Part shown: piece by piece, positions 49,587 to 61,685 of the stretch | How positions within the stretch are numbered: position 1 is the stretch's first letter | Layout: the number at the start of each line of letters is the position of its first letter | Assembly (NCBI GenBank): GCA_002269645.1 | Contig: NIVC01000094.1 | Location: 806,001-870,000 of the forward strand | Source: Macrostomum lignano | Taxonomy: Eukaryota | Reading direction: 5' to 3' | DNA length: 64,000 nucleotides | The notes under the pieces: model-generated | Told to the model about the DNA's origin: nothing | The model's input: only the letters and a program-made list of their open reading frames with translations | Databases searched by the model: none | Program-made: the position numbers and the translations under genes

Positions 49587-51702
49587 GTTATCGTGAATTG
49601 AATCTTTTAGTTAGTCAGTTCCTCATAACAGTCACGGCCGGTCTCTTTATTCTACCGGTATACGCTATACATGTTTGAGCATAGATAAAGCTGACTTGCT
49701 GCGAATCAATACTACATGTCTTCTCTAATTTCTGGTATGAGGTTCCTTCGTCAGTTAAATTTTAGTAGCTATAGGTACTGGTGATATTTTTCATCCTCAA
49801 TTTATTCACTTCCGCTGCAGGAATGTATTGCGACAGTGGTGCAACCAAGGGGGCGGGCGGCCTGCTGCAGGGACACAAGCAGCAGAGAGAAGCACGGCAT
49901 GAATGAGGCGATGATGATGAGGCGTTCGTGTTTTTCAAGCGCGATATCCAGGGAGGCTGGTGAGCCAACGATGGACGAGTCAGCTATACGTTTGACACAA
50001 ACATTTCACGAGCAAATGATCGATTGGTAGAAGCATGTGGCAGCCTGCTCAGAAAAATTGCGTACTTGAGGACAGTGCGAGCGTAGATGGCTTTCCTTTT
50101 TTGTAGCTGTAAGATGAAAATTTCGCATCGAGCTCTCAGAAGAGCCACTAGAAGCGGACGCAGCATTGAAAAGCGAGGAAGTTTTATTGACAGCTGTTGG
50201 AGAATGCCTTAGCGAAACGAAAACTGAGCTTTTTGCATCAGACGATTCGTTTTTTTGACTTTCTGAAACATGCACACGCAGTATAAATTTATTGAAGAAT
50301 GCAGACCTGAGAGAAATTAGGCGAGCAAAAGGCTAATTTTCTGACGATTGCTCCAAATTTTCTTGCCACATGGTTCGTTTGACCTGATGCGGAAAATGGA
50401 GCCATGGTACATATAAATATGCATGAAGAAATGACTTACAAGTATTATAACAAATGTTTTTGTTACAAATACAAGCTAGCATCAATTTGAAATTACTATT
50501 CTGATGTACATTAAAGCTGAATGCTATTTAATTGTGGCTTAAATACATATACGAGTTCTAATCGCGGATCATCAGAAAACTTAAGCTGTAGTTTTGCAGA
50601 AGAATTCTGTAAAACACAGCTATAGAACTATATAAACAAGATTAACTAATGTTTATCATCTCTATTGAAATGTCAATCCGTCTATTGTAATATCTGTCTA
50701 TTGGGAAGGCAATGAGCCCTAGGAAGGCAACTGCCAATCCTGCCTCCCGGCTCCGCCGTGCCTGCGAAAGCGGAGAGCTTCTGGACCTTCAACAGGTGGT
50801 GCACCAGGTGACTATGGACCCGCCATAGTCATAGTCAATGTCGCTGACCAAGTGTCAATGGGCAAACTTTAAATCCTGGTCCATTCTCAGCTAGACTCTC
50901 AAACAGTCTCTCTTCAACCCGATGGGATGAGTCTGATGACGCGACAGCTGTTGGAGGTCCAGACTCCGTCTGAGTGAAAGCCAGTGGACCAAAAACGAAT
51001 TTCAGAGCTGATGCAGACACAGTGGTCGATGACTAGGTAATTGAAATTTGGAGGCTTGGAAAGGCTGCACTGAGGCGCAGTGCTAATTGGCGCACAGGAG
51101 TGTACTGAATACGCTTGTTCTGACTTTCTGGAAGAATCGTCGAATATCTCGACGGTCCGGAGGTCTCGATCTATTAGCTGGACCTAGCCTGTTGATTCGA
51201 TTCGATTATATAAGGAGGTGCGCAACAAAAAGTTAGCCCGTGTTCTTGAATTACGTGTGCATGCGTTGCTCCGTTCCGGCGCAGCAAAAAAATTGCCAGG
51301 GAAATCCCCCCTTGTAAAGGACGTTTGTCAGGGAAATCCCCCCAAGCAAAATGCATGACTTGGTATCTGTTAATTAATTACTTTAGTTATCGAAATCTCC
51401 TAATTATAAATTTCTAATAGTAAAAGTCGATTTTTTACAAAAGTTAAGATTTCGTCGTAGTAATATCTGAGGGGTGAATAGTTTTGTGCATTTTGTTTAT
51501 TTTAGTTCTTCAGCTCAAACAACGAAAATTCCAAGAAGACGTGACGAGCTCGATCTTCTTCCTCGATATCTGTTTTTTGTTTCTGCCAATCTGTATGTGA
51601 CGGTCTTTCCTTCCTAGGACACTAAAAAATTTGGGCAGACGAGGCGGAATCTTCCGTTTTAAAATTCTAAGCTTTTAGATTTTATGGAAGTTTGTCTTCG
51701 GT

Positions 51703-54700
51703 ATGGATGCTGTTGTGTCTGAGGAACTTCGGGGCCTAAAAGAGCGAGCTAAGAGCGCTGCCATTGCTGATATTGAACAGCGCTATAGCAAGCCCGACGA
51801 TCTTGACAAGCTAGAACACGACATCAAGAGAAACATTAAGAAAAAAGAAGATTACGACTCACAACTTAAGACTGCTGTGGAAAGTCAATTGGATGGTATT
51901 AAAAAGGGTGTGAATCTTTTGAAGAATGCAGAGAGTGAAGTTAAAGTTGTTGAAAAACTCTTGAAAGAATTTGCTGCACAGTTAGAGCGAACACCAACAC
52001 TGAAAGCAAAAATTGAGTCAGTAAAAGATGAGTTCCAACGCCACAAAAGACTTACAACTGCTACTAATAATATGTCATATGTGTTTAGTGCACCAAGCAA
52101 AATTGAAGAAATCAGAAGCTTGATGGATTCTGGGGAACAAAGGCACCTACTACTTGTTCATAAACTGTAAGAAGACTATTTTTCAGTATAATATTTTTAT
52201 GTCTCTTAATTTATTATACAAATTCTAAAATAAACTTTTTAATTTTAAATAGAATGTTGAATCCTTTTATTTAAATAAAAGATTAAAGTTAACATTTTCT
52301 AGAATTTATAAGCTATTCAATATTTTTTGTTAGGCAACTGGTAGTTTAATCAGTGATAATATGAAAGGCTTTATTTAATAAGAATATTTATATATAAAAT
52401 ATTGTCAAAAATGAAATCAAGTAATCTTATTAAAGTTTTTTTCTATTTTCAGACAAAGTTTTTAATGATAATATTTAGCTCTAATAAATTTATATTGTAG
52501 AAATTTGTATAAAATATACAAGCTCATTATATTAAAAATAAACTATTTATAGATTTTTTAATCTTTTATTTTTTACTTAGTTAGTAATTTATCTTAGCTT
52601 TATATCTATATTTCAAATATATAAAATATATCAAGTATTTTATGATTTGGAAACCTTGTTTTTTATATTTGTTATCTTGAAAATTCAGGTTAGAAATGGC
52701 CATTAAAAATATGTTATAAAATTATAAGCTATTAATTCATTTTTAACCTACTTCAAATTGCTAATTAAGTATCACTTTGTAAAATTTGTTGTTTTTGAAT
52801 ACCATTATTATAACCAATACTTATTAGTTAAATTTAGTACTATAGTAAAATAATTAAAGCTCTCCACTTAAGATATTATATCAAATCTTGAAAATACTGA
52901 CCAGTTTTATCTTGACTTGAAATCTCAGTGATCATTGATTACTGATTGAAATTACTCAAATATTTATATCCTTATCTCACATCCTTAAAATTGTTATATA
53001 ATGTCTTAAGTTAGTCTTAAAATAAACTAATTTCTACATTTCACACTGAGGTATTAACTAAATACTTTCTCTCAGATATACATTTCTTGCCATATTGTAC
53101 CTCTGATACTACTACAAGCATATAAATTATTGAATTGAGCCAGTTAACCAGCACTTTCTCCAACTCGCCAGGCTGCACGAGCTCGAGCGCTCCCGTGACG
53201 GCCTCATGCTGGAGCTTCATGGCCAGTCCTGCGAGGCCGACCGCGACCTTCTCCGCGCCTTCTTCAAGGACGTCCCCAGTTTAGCCAGCGCCCTGTGGGA
53301 CCGCCTGGCCTGCACCTTCAGCCGGGTGCTGGACACTGCAGTGCAGAATCCCCGCCTGCTGGTCACAGCCGTCCGCCTGGTACATCGGGAGGAGCAGGTG
53401 GACCAGATGTGGCTCGAGCGACAGCGGCGCGGCGGTCCTGGCGAGTTTTGCCCGGCCGGGCGGCCTCGGCAGTGGCGCGAACGGATGCTGGAGGTCATGC
53501 AGGCTGCGGTTGAGGCCCGATTTGAGGCCAGCATGCCGCTGAGTAGCGAGGACTCCGAGCAGTGGCTTGAGAAGCACTGCATACTGCTGCAGGTGGGCTT
53601 TCCCAGTGCTGTGCCTTTTTTCAACTGGTCAACCAGTTGATCCCAATCCTAGATTTTTCCTATCTCAATCCTATAACTTGTTATCCTCAAAATCAGATCC
53701 CTGTAATCTCAATGATCAGATCCCTGTAATCCCAATGATCAGATCCCTGTTAGCCCAATGATCAGATTCCTGTTATCCCAATGATCAGATCCCTGTAATC
53801 CCAATGATCAGATCCCTGTTATCCCAATGATCAGATCCCTGTTATCCCAATGATCAGATCCCTGTTATCCCAATGATCAGATCCCTGTTATCCCAATGAT
53901 CAGATCCCTGTTATCCCAATGATCAGATCCCTGTTATCCCAATGATCAGATCCCTGTTATCCCAATGATCAGATCCCTGTTATCCCAATCATCAGATCCC
54001 TGTTATCCCAATCGTCAGATCCCTGTTAGCCCAATGATCAGATTCCTGTTATCTCAATGATTAGAAAAGGTGTTATTATCCTAATGCAAGAGCCAGTCAT
54101 CCCAATACTAGAGCCATGTTTATTTCAATTGCAGGAGTTCCTCAGGCAGGACCTTCGCGTGGCCCGCAAGCTGTGCCCGTCCTGCTTCCCACCCGAATAC
54201 AACATATTCGACTTCTACCTGCGGTCCTACCACCGCTGCCTGGAGAGCCGCCTGGCCAGCCTGGCCAAGCAGGCGGTGGCCAACGAGCTGCAATTCCGCG
54301 ACTGCGTGGCTTTGGTGAAGTGGACGGAGAATTTCAAATCATTCTTCGACCGCCTCGGCGCGGAGGTGTTCACCCAGCCGCAGTTCAACATGGAGGCCGA
54401 GAGGGAGCGGCTTGGCCTGCTGCCGCACTTTCTGCAGACCGATGAGCTGGACAGGCTGGTCCGGCACAGCGTCGGCCTCATCAGCGAGCAGGTGTGGAAA
54501 TGGTTCAAGAGCACCGTGGAGAAGGAGAAGCACAGCTGGTACCAGAATCCTACTGGGTGAGAGATTCGCGATGTTGTACTTTTATTAATACACTGCGAGT
54601 CTGCTGCACTCAGTGAGGGGCAGAGGGGGTAGCGGCACTCAGTGAGGGGCAGAGGGGGGCAGCGGCACTCAGTGAGGGTCAGAGGGGGGGTAGCGGCACT

Positions 54701-56913
54701 CAGTGAGGGTCAGAGGGGTAGCGGCACTCAGTGAGGGTCAGAGGGGGTAGCGGCACTCAGTGAGGGTCAGAGGGGGTAGCGGCACTCAGTGAGGGTCAGA
54801 GGGGGTAGCGGCACTCAGTGAGGGTCAGAGGGGGTAGCGGCACTCAGTGAGGGTCAGAGGGGGTAGCGGCACTCAGTGAGGGTCAGAGGGGTAGCGGCAC
54901 TCAGTGAGGGTCAGAGGTGGTAGCGGCACTCAGTGAGGGTCAGAGGGGGTAGCGGCACTCAGTGAGGGTCAGAGGGGGTAGCGGCACTCAGTGAGGGTCA
55001 GAGGGGGGCAGCGGCACTCAGTGAGGTGCAGAGGGGGGGCAGCGGCACTCAGTGAGGGTCAGAGGGGGGCAGCGGCACTCAGTGAGGGTCAGAGGGGGTA
55101 GCGGCACTCAGTGAGGGGCAGAGGGGGTAGCGGCACTCAGTGAGGGTCAGAGGGGGCAGCGGCACTCAGTGAGGTGCAGAGGGGGCAGCGGCACTCAGTG
55201 AGGGTTAGAGGGGGGCAGCGGCACTCAGTGAGGGTCAGAGGGGGGCAGCGGCACTCAGTGAGGTGCAGAGGGGGGCAGCGGCACTCAGTGAGGTGCAGAG
55301 CAACAACTGACACAGGCAAACCCGCACCGTACTGCCCCAGCTTCCAGCCGGAGAGGGACCTGCACACGGACACAACGTACACCTCGCTAGTGCAGAGTCT
55401 GTCGGCCATCCTGTCCGAGATGATGTCGGACGTGAGCAGCAAGCTGCCCAAGCACGCCCACACGCAGCTGAGCGCGGCCATCATGGACAAGCTGGTCGAG
55501 CTGCTCGGGTCCTACTCGAGCGCAGTGAGAGAATTTGTTCGCGACGTGAAGAGCGAGCCGGATCCCAGCAGGCGGCAGATGCGAATCATCGTTATGGAGG
55601 CCATCCTGGTTGCCAGTGTCAACAATCTGCACAAGCTCATCTTGCTGGTGGGAACTTTCTATAAGCCTGAAGACGGTCCGAGGTGAGCCGCTTGCTGAGG
55701 GTTGGGGCGGATAACTGAGATTAGAGGGCCGAAATTTGAGATCAGAGGGCGGAATCCTGAGATTAGAGGGTGGAATCCTGAGATTAGAGGGTGGAATCCT
55801 GAGATTAGAGGGTGGAATCCTGAGATTAGAGGGTGGAATCCTGAGTTTAGAGGGTGGCATCCTGAGATTAGAGGTTGGAATCCTGAGATTAGAGGGTGGA
55901 ATCCTGAGATGAGAGGGCGGAATCCTGAGATTAGAGGGTGGAATCCTGAGATGAGAGGGCAAAATCCTGAGATTAGTGGGTGGCATCCTGAGATTAGAGG
56001 TTGGAATCCTGAGTTTAGAGGGTGGCATCCTGAGATTAGAGGGCGGAATCCTGAGATTAGAGGGTGGCATCCTGAGATTAGAGGGCGGAATCCTGAGATT
56101 AGAGGGTGGAATCCTGAGATGAGAGGGCGGAATCCTGAGATTAGAGGGTGGAATCCTGAGATTAGAGGGCGAAACCCTGAGATTAGAAGGTGGAATCCTG
56201 AGATTAGAGGGGGAACTCAAAACCGAACTCATTCCAACTGCAGCGACGTTGCGAAGGTGCAGAAGGCGAACCTGGAGCAGGCCTGCCAGAAAGCCAGCTA
56301 TGAATGGAACGACTTTCTGGCAACCGAGTTGTTGGAGTTCCTGCAGGACTCCACATTCAAGGAGCTGTTCACCCCGGCCTGGCTGCAGCAGCTGGAAATT
56401 GGCGAGACTGAGGCCCAGCGCATCGTCGGGGCGGTGCAGGACTCGTACGAGAATGTGTACAAGAAGATGTTCCCCCACCTGCGCAGCCGCCTGATGAACC
56501 AGATATCCAACCGGATCTGCCTGGAGCTGCTCAAAGCTCTGCTGCAGCCGGGCCGGCAGCCGTTCAAGGAGATGCGCGTGGCCGCCGCCAACCGGCTCCG
56601 CTCCGATGCCGAGCTGCTGAAGGACGGCTTCGCCCGCTGGAACTGCCGCGCCGATCAATTCGACGCCCTGTCGGCGGCCTCGGAGCTGCTGAAACTGTCG
56701 GACATGTCTATGGCCGAGCTGGTGGTCAGCGCATTTCTAAGAAACTTCCCCGACCTGCGCCAGGACCAGCTGGAGGCGCTGCTGCTGCTCAGAGGCGACT
56801 GCAAGCGGGACGAAGTGCGCAGCATCCTGGCGTACGCGTTCAGTGAGGAGGAGAAGTCGAGACGGAACCCCACAGCCAGGCGCCTGTTCGCTGACTTGGG
56901 CCCGGTCAAGTAG
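51703..56913 (+). CDS. EXOC3: Exocyst component Sec6; exons 51703-52166, 53172-53592, 54135-54556, 55341-55682, 56244-56913; about 772 aa
   Basis: PDDLDKLE...LKTAVESQLDGIKKG, HK-LHELERSRDGLM, LVTAVRLVHREE.VD, DL.VA...CFPPEYNIF, KLSDMSM.EL.V......PD...DQLEALL.LRGD match Sec6. Intron phases 2,0,2,2; 2319 nt. An in-frame alternative acceptor at 55298 would add 14 aa. Confidence 0.92.
53690..54060 (+). repeat. 23 bp minisatellite (AATGATCAGATCCCTGTTATCCC)n, Sec6 intron 2
   Basis: Read directly. Confidence 0.93.
54605..55298 (+). repeat. 29-30 bp minisatellite (GCGGCACTCAGTGAGGGTCAGAGGGGGTA)n, Sec6 intron 3
   Basis: Read directly. Confidence 0.93.
55715..56212 (+). repeat. 21 bp minisatellite (AATCCTGAGATTAGAGGGTGG)n, Sec6 intron 4
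   Basis: Read directly; it forms the spurious N-terminal half of ORF 55702-56913. Confidence 0.93.
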
Positions 56914-57084
56914 ATGGAATGTTCTTTATAGCTTATGTAGATTAAGGACATCTGCTCAAAGACAGTGAAATGGATATCTGTTGATTTTTTGGAAGTTTCT
57001 GTGCACATGATATTTTTGAATAATCGCCCCAGAGTCTAATAGTTGCCCATTCATTTAGGTTAATCCTTGGAAAATTCCAGAAGA

Positions 57085-57862
57085 ATCGCCCTAGAGTCTA
57101 AAAGATCGCCCCTCAGCCTAGAAGAATCACCCCTTATCCTAAAAAAAATCGCCCCTCGTTCTATAAAAATCGCCCCTCGTTCTATAAAAATCGCCCCTCA
57201 GCCTAGAAGAATCGCCCCTCAATCTAGAATAATCGCCCCTCAGTCTAGAATAATCGCCCCTCAGTCTAGAAGAATCGCCCCTCAATCTAGAAGAATCGCC
57301 CCTCGGTATAGAAGAATCGCCGCTCAGTCTAGAAGAATCGCCCCTTAGTCAAGTATAATCGCCCCTCAATCTAGAATAATCGCCCCTCAGTCTAGAATAA
57401 TCGCCCCTCAGTCTAGAAGAATCGCCCCTCAGTCTAGAAGAATCGCCCCTCAGTCTAGAAGAATCGCCCCTCAGTCTAGAAGAATCGCCCCTCAATCTAG
57501 AAGAATCCCCCTCGGTATAGAAGAATCGCCGCTCAGTCTAGAAGAATCGCCCCTTAGTCAAGTATAATCGCCCCTCAGTCTAGAAGAATCGCCGCTCAGT
57601 CTGGAAGAATCGCCCCTCAGTCAAGTATAATCGCCCCTCAGTCTAGAAGAATCGCCCCTCAGTCTAGAAGAATCGCCCCTCAATCTAGAAGAATCGCCCC
57701 TCCGCCTAGAAGAATCGCCCCTTAGTCTAGAAGAATCGCCCCTCAGTCTAGAAGAATCGCCCCTCAGCCTAGAAGAAACGCCCCTCAGCCTAGAAGAATC
57801 GCCCCTCAGCCTAGAAGAATCGCCCCTCAGTCTAGAAGAATCGCCCCTCAGTCTAGAAGAAA
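57085..57862 (+). repeat. 21 bp minisatellite (AGAAGAATCGCCCCTCAGTCT)n downstream of Sec6
   Basis: Read directly. Confidence 0.93.
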
Positions 57863-58422
57863 CGCCAGTTAGCAACAAGCACAGCAGCCAATTTGAATTT
57901 TGCTCAGATTTGAGTTTCAATTAATGCAATACAAATTCTTTGTTTCTCCTAAACATTACTGAATGCTAATTTGCATTCTATGCCCTGCTGTTTAAAATAA
58001 CAGTTTCTGAGACCTTTTTAAATTGCTTTGTGTTAATCAGTTTGCCACGCAATTGTTGAACAATCGCCAGTCTATTCAAGTGACAAATTCTCTTATCTCG
58101 CATAAAATAATCCGTATTTCCATCATCATTTGATTCTATACTTACCTGTGCAGTGCTATTGAAAAATCCATATACTAAAAATAATAAACTATTAGCTTTA
58201 TAACTATATATTATACACTTTATACACGTAAACAGCGTAAACGTAGTCTGTGCCGACTTTTCTGGCTTACTTGCACTGGGTTTGGGCCATAGACAAAACA
58301 AAATAGACTCGAGGCTTCGGCTCCTCGTACAGCCGCCTTTAGTAGAGTGTAAAAAATTTATTAGCCGAACTACTGGATCTTAGGCTAACCATTTCATGCG
58401 CGGTATTAACCAGAGCGCCATC

Positions 58423-61059
58423 ATGGCTTCTAACGAGGACCGCCAGTCTCGAGACAGCGGTAGCGGCGCCAGATCTGAGGCCCAGACTGATGCAACTGAG
58501 TCTGCCACGCTGATTGGCAGCGAGCCAACTGTTGTTCAATCGAATGATGTTGAAATTTCAACACCAACTAGTGCTACTCCAAAAAGGTGAGAGTTCGGAG
58601 TAACATTGTGTACTTTCAGAGCTGCTTAGTTGCATGGGTGAGGGCTAAAATTTCGTTGCTTTTTCAATCAAATACAGGCGCGCTGGCTCAAAAATGTATC
58701 GAGGCCACAGCTGGCGAAAGTGCTGGTCGGCTGTGCACCGGGTGAGCTTTGCAAACTGGACACTCTTGTGTGCTCTATCCGATTCCACTAAACCCGCATA
58801 CTAGCTTTACCTACCTAGCAAACACCCACCTCACTCCGCAAGCACCCATCTCACTCCGTAAACACACACCTCACTCCGCAAACACCTACCCCACTCCGCA
58901 AGCACCCATCTCACTCAATAAACACCCACCTCACTCCAAAAACACGTACCTAGCACTCCACAAACACCCACCTCACTCCGCTAACACCCATCTCACTCCG
59001 TACACATCTCACCTCACTCTACCCGCAAAAAGTCACACCACCATTCGATCCTAGGCCCAACGCAGGCGCGTCGGGCTCTCGAACAAATCCACAACCACGG
59101 CTTCCGCCTCCCTGAGCAACAGCCAGCCGCCGTTGGCTTCCACCGACTCGTCACAGACGGCAGCCACTTTCGCCGGCTTGCCCAGCTACTTGGCCCGAGT
59201 GGACACCAACGGTGAGACCGCGGTTAACTAAATAATATTTTCCGATGAAAGCTCCGCCAGTGTATCTACCCTAATGAGTGGATTTAAAAAAATACATTTG
59301 GCAAACGCAGTGTCCGCGGATGACCTGGCCGGGCAGGCCGAGTCCTCGCCCACCGTCCAGAGCGACGCGGCCACGGCGGAGGCGGCCCCGTCGGAGCCGT
59401 CATCGGCTGAGGCGGTCAGCACTAATCAGGTGGCGGAGCAGCCCGGAGAGGACGCCGCGGCCGCCAGCCAAGGTGTGGAGACGCCGGTGAGAGAGCTCGC
59501 ACAACAAGTATCTTGTCTGTTTGGTTGTGAGCCTTAGTGGTTAGAGCGTTGGAATCGCGACTGAAAGGTTGGGGGTTCGATTCTCAACCCACTCGAAACA
59601 ATTCTCTGAATTGCTTCAGTTCACCCAGCTGTAAAATGGATGCCAGCATTAGCTGGGGTAATTGAGGGTTTGTGTAGCGACCTCTCGATCAGTCCTTGGA
59701 CTGAACAGCCGTATGCAGCCTTCAGATGCGCTGCGCAATAGCTGCGGATGAGCTGTCGATTGCACATCTGCCCTTTGGGGCATGTGTAATCAGTTATTAA
59801 TTATTATTATTGGTTGAGGAGCAGTGGGTTGGAAGAGTGCAGTACAATTGTTGCTATACTTTTAAGTTTCAGCAGCTTAGGAGCTGGGATAAAGCCGTTA
59901 AAATATCACGTCAGTTAGAGCAGCGTTTGTGCTTCAAAAGGCGTCTCAAAAGATTCTCGATTTTGATAAAAATTTACGTAAAATACTTACGTTGAAGTAG
60001 CCAGAGCATTACTGTTACAGCAGGAAGTACTATCACGTCATGGCGCTGTAAAATTTATTGTTTTAACTCAGTGGAGCCCTGAAATCATGCCGCACACTGC
60101 AGTTCGCCAATCTTGAAATCGGCCATCCGGTGCACCAGGACCTGGCCGGCGACAGCGCCGAAACAACCAAATCGATGCTGGCCAACGTGATCGAGAAGGC
60201 CATCCTGGACTTCTGCTCGTCGCGCACCGTGGAAACAATGCGCCGAATGTTTGCCGGCGTCACCAGCGAGCTGGAGGCGACGCAAGGCGACGCGGGCCGG
60301 TCCGGAGACAAGTCCACGCTCACGCCGCACCCGGTCACGGGCGAACTCGTGAAGGAAGGCATCGTCATCGGCAGCATGGACGTGTTCGCGCCCCGGGTGC
60401 ACAAGGAGTACCGCCTGGAGATGAAGGACAGCCTGGTCGAAGGCTTCCTCAAAGACGTCGGCGTCTTCCGCGCCATTTGCTACCGGACCAAGTGCCAGCT
60501 GGAGGTGACTCGGCGGCTGCTCAATAAGAAGCTGTGCACAGGCGGTCGCTGGGTGAAGTACCTAATCGTGCGCATTGTGGGTCCCAGCCTCCGCGCCATC
60601 AACAGCTGCGACTGTCTGCTACAGAAGGCGGTACCAGCCTTCAAGAGCCGCATTGAGTACCGGAAGCCCGCCTTCTGCCGCATGTTCTTCCGCGAGGACA
60701 TTCCTGACAACGCCAACCTGTATTACAATATGCAGCGGACCGGGGGCTCCTCCAACCGCTACGGGTCTCTGAAACTCGAGACGCCCTACAGAATCACCTC
60801 GGACAGAACCATCGGCAGCTGCCCGTGGAAGAGCGGCGCGCTGAAGATCGGCAAGCTGTCGTTCAGAGGCTCCGGTGGGCACCTGTGCATGCGGCAGGTG
60901 TATCCGGGATACGGCTACATCGACTCCACGCCGGTCACCAGCGCCTGCAAAGGCGTCGAGGCGCTGGAAAGAATCGAAAAAATGCACGCCGAATTTCTGA
61001 CCAGCCGGCAGCAGCTGCTGCTTGACCGCCGGACAATGACCCTCCCGATCTGCCGGTGA
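58423..61059 (+). CDS. Uncharacterised protein, about 480 aa; exons 58423-58586, 59066-59211, 59311-59486, 60103-61059; disordered S/A/T-rich N-terminus and a globular C-terminal part, possibly with a degenerate KH-like fold
   Basis: Three GTGAGA donors and CAG acceptors join in phases 2,1,0 into a stop-free 1443 nt CDS. The last exon has strongly GC3-biased codons. No family recognised with certainty. Confidence 0.68.
59528..59809 (+). mobile_element. tRNA-derived SINE, family 1, copy 2 (intron 3 of the unknown gene)
   Basis: A-box-like GCCTTAGTGGTTAG, B-box GGTTCGATTC, body matching 12230-12400, (TTA)n tail, 7 bp TSD TTGGTTG (59521-59527 and 59810-59816). Confidence 0.82.
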
Positions 61060-61685
61060 CGTCACTGGCGCTGACACAGAGAACTACTGACTGATGAAGT
61101 TCATTTTTCCTTTGTCTTCCCGCTGCGTCTCACCGAGCGAGTTTGCAAATCTCTTAAGTCTGTTTTGGGCTGTTTAAAAATACAGACCTCCCGTCTCACG
61201 AATTGGATTTCTTTTTCTGCACCGTCGCTTTTTATTCGAGCTTTAAAAAGGCAAAAAAATGCTTTAAACTCGGCGCTTTTGAATTTTCAGTTCGTTTTGT
61301 CTTGTTTTTTCGAGCAGGCAACGCTGCTCAGCCCGAAAATACGAGGTACGCAATTTACCCGTAACAACCAAAGCAGGTTACATGCACCAGCTGCCTAACT
61401 GTGATTTAAAAAAGGATTCATCCATTCCGGTTAAGCATTTTGACGACTAGCTAATTGTAGTACTGCCTGATATCGCATGCAGATGGCCCTGATGTACAGT
61501 GCAACCTTAACGAGGCATGCAGCGCGTGCAGCGTGATTCTATTGAATGCATCTTAAAAAGTTAAAACAGGGGCTCGAGTTCTGAATAAGTGACGTTGCAT
61601 AAGCAGTCTATGAATTTCGATTCCATGAATGTAATTACAACTGCAGTCCGCGGTCAGCAACAGTCAGTGCAGAGTCTTCGCCGAG

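Noticed and set aside
49760-51000. Short ORFs and degraded coding-like patches upstream of Sec6
   Set aside because: Multiple stops and no recognisable homology.
55702-56243. GWNPEIR-repeat N-terminus of the 403 aa ORF
   Set aside because: Intronic 21 bp array that happens to be in frame with Sec6 exon 5.
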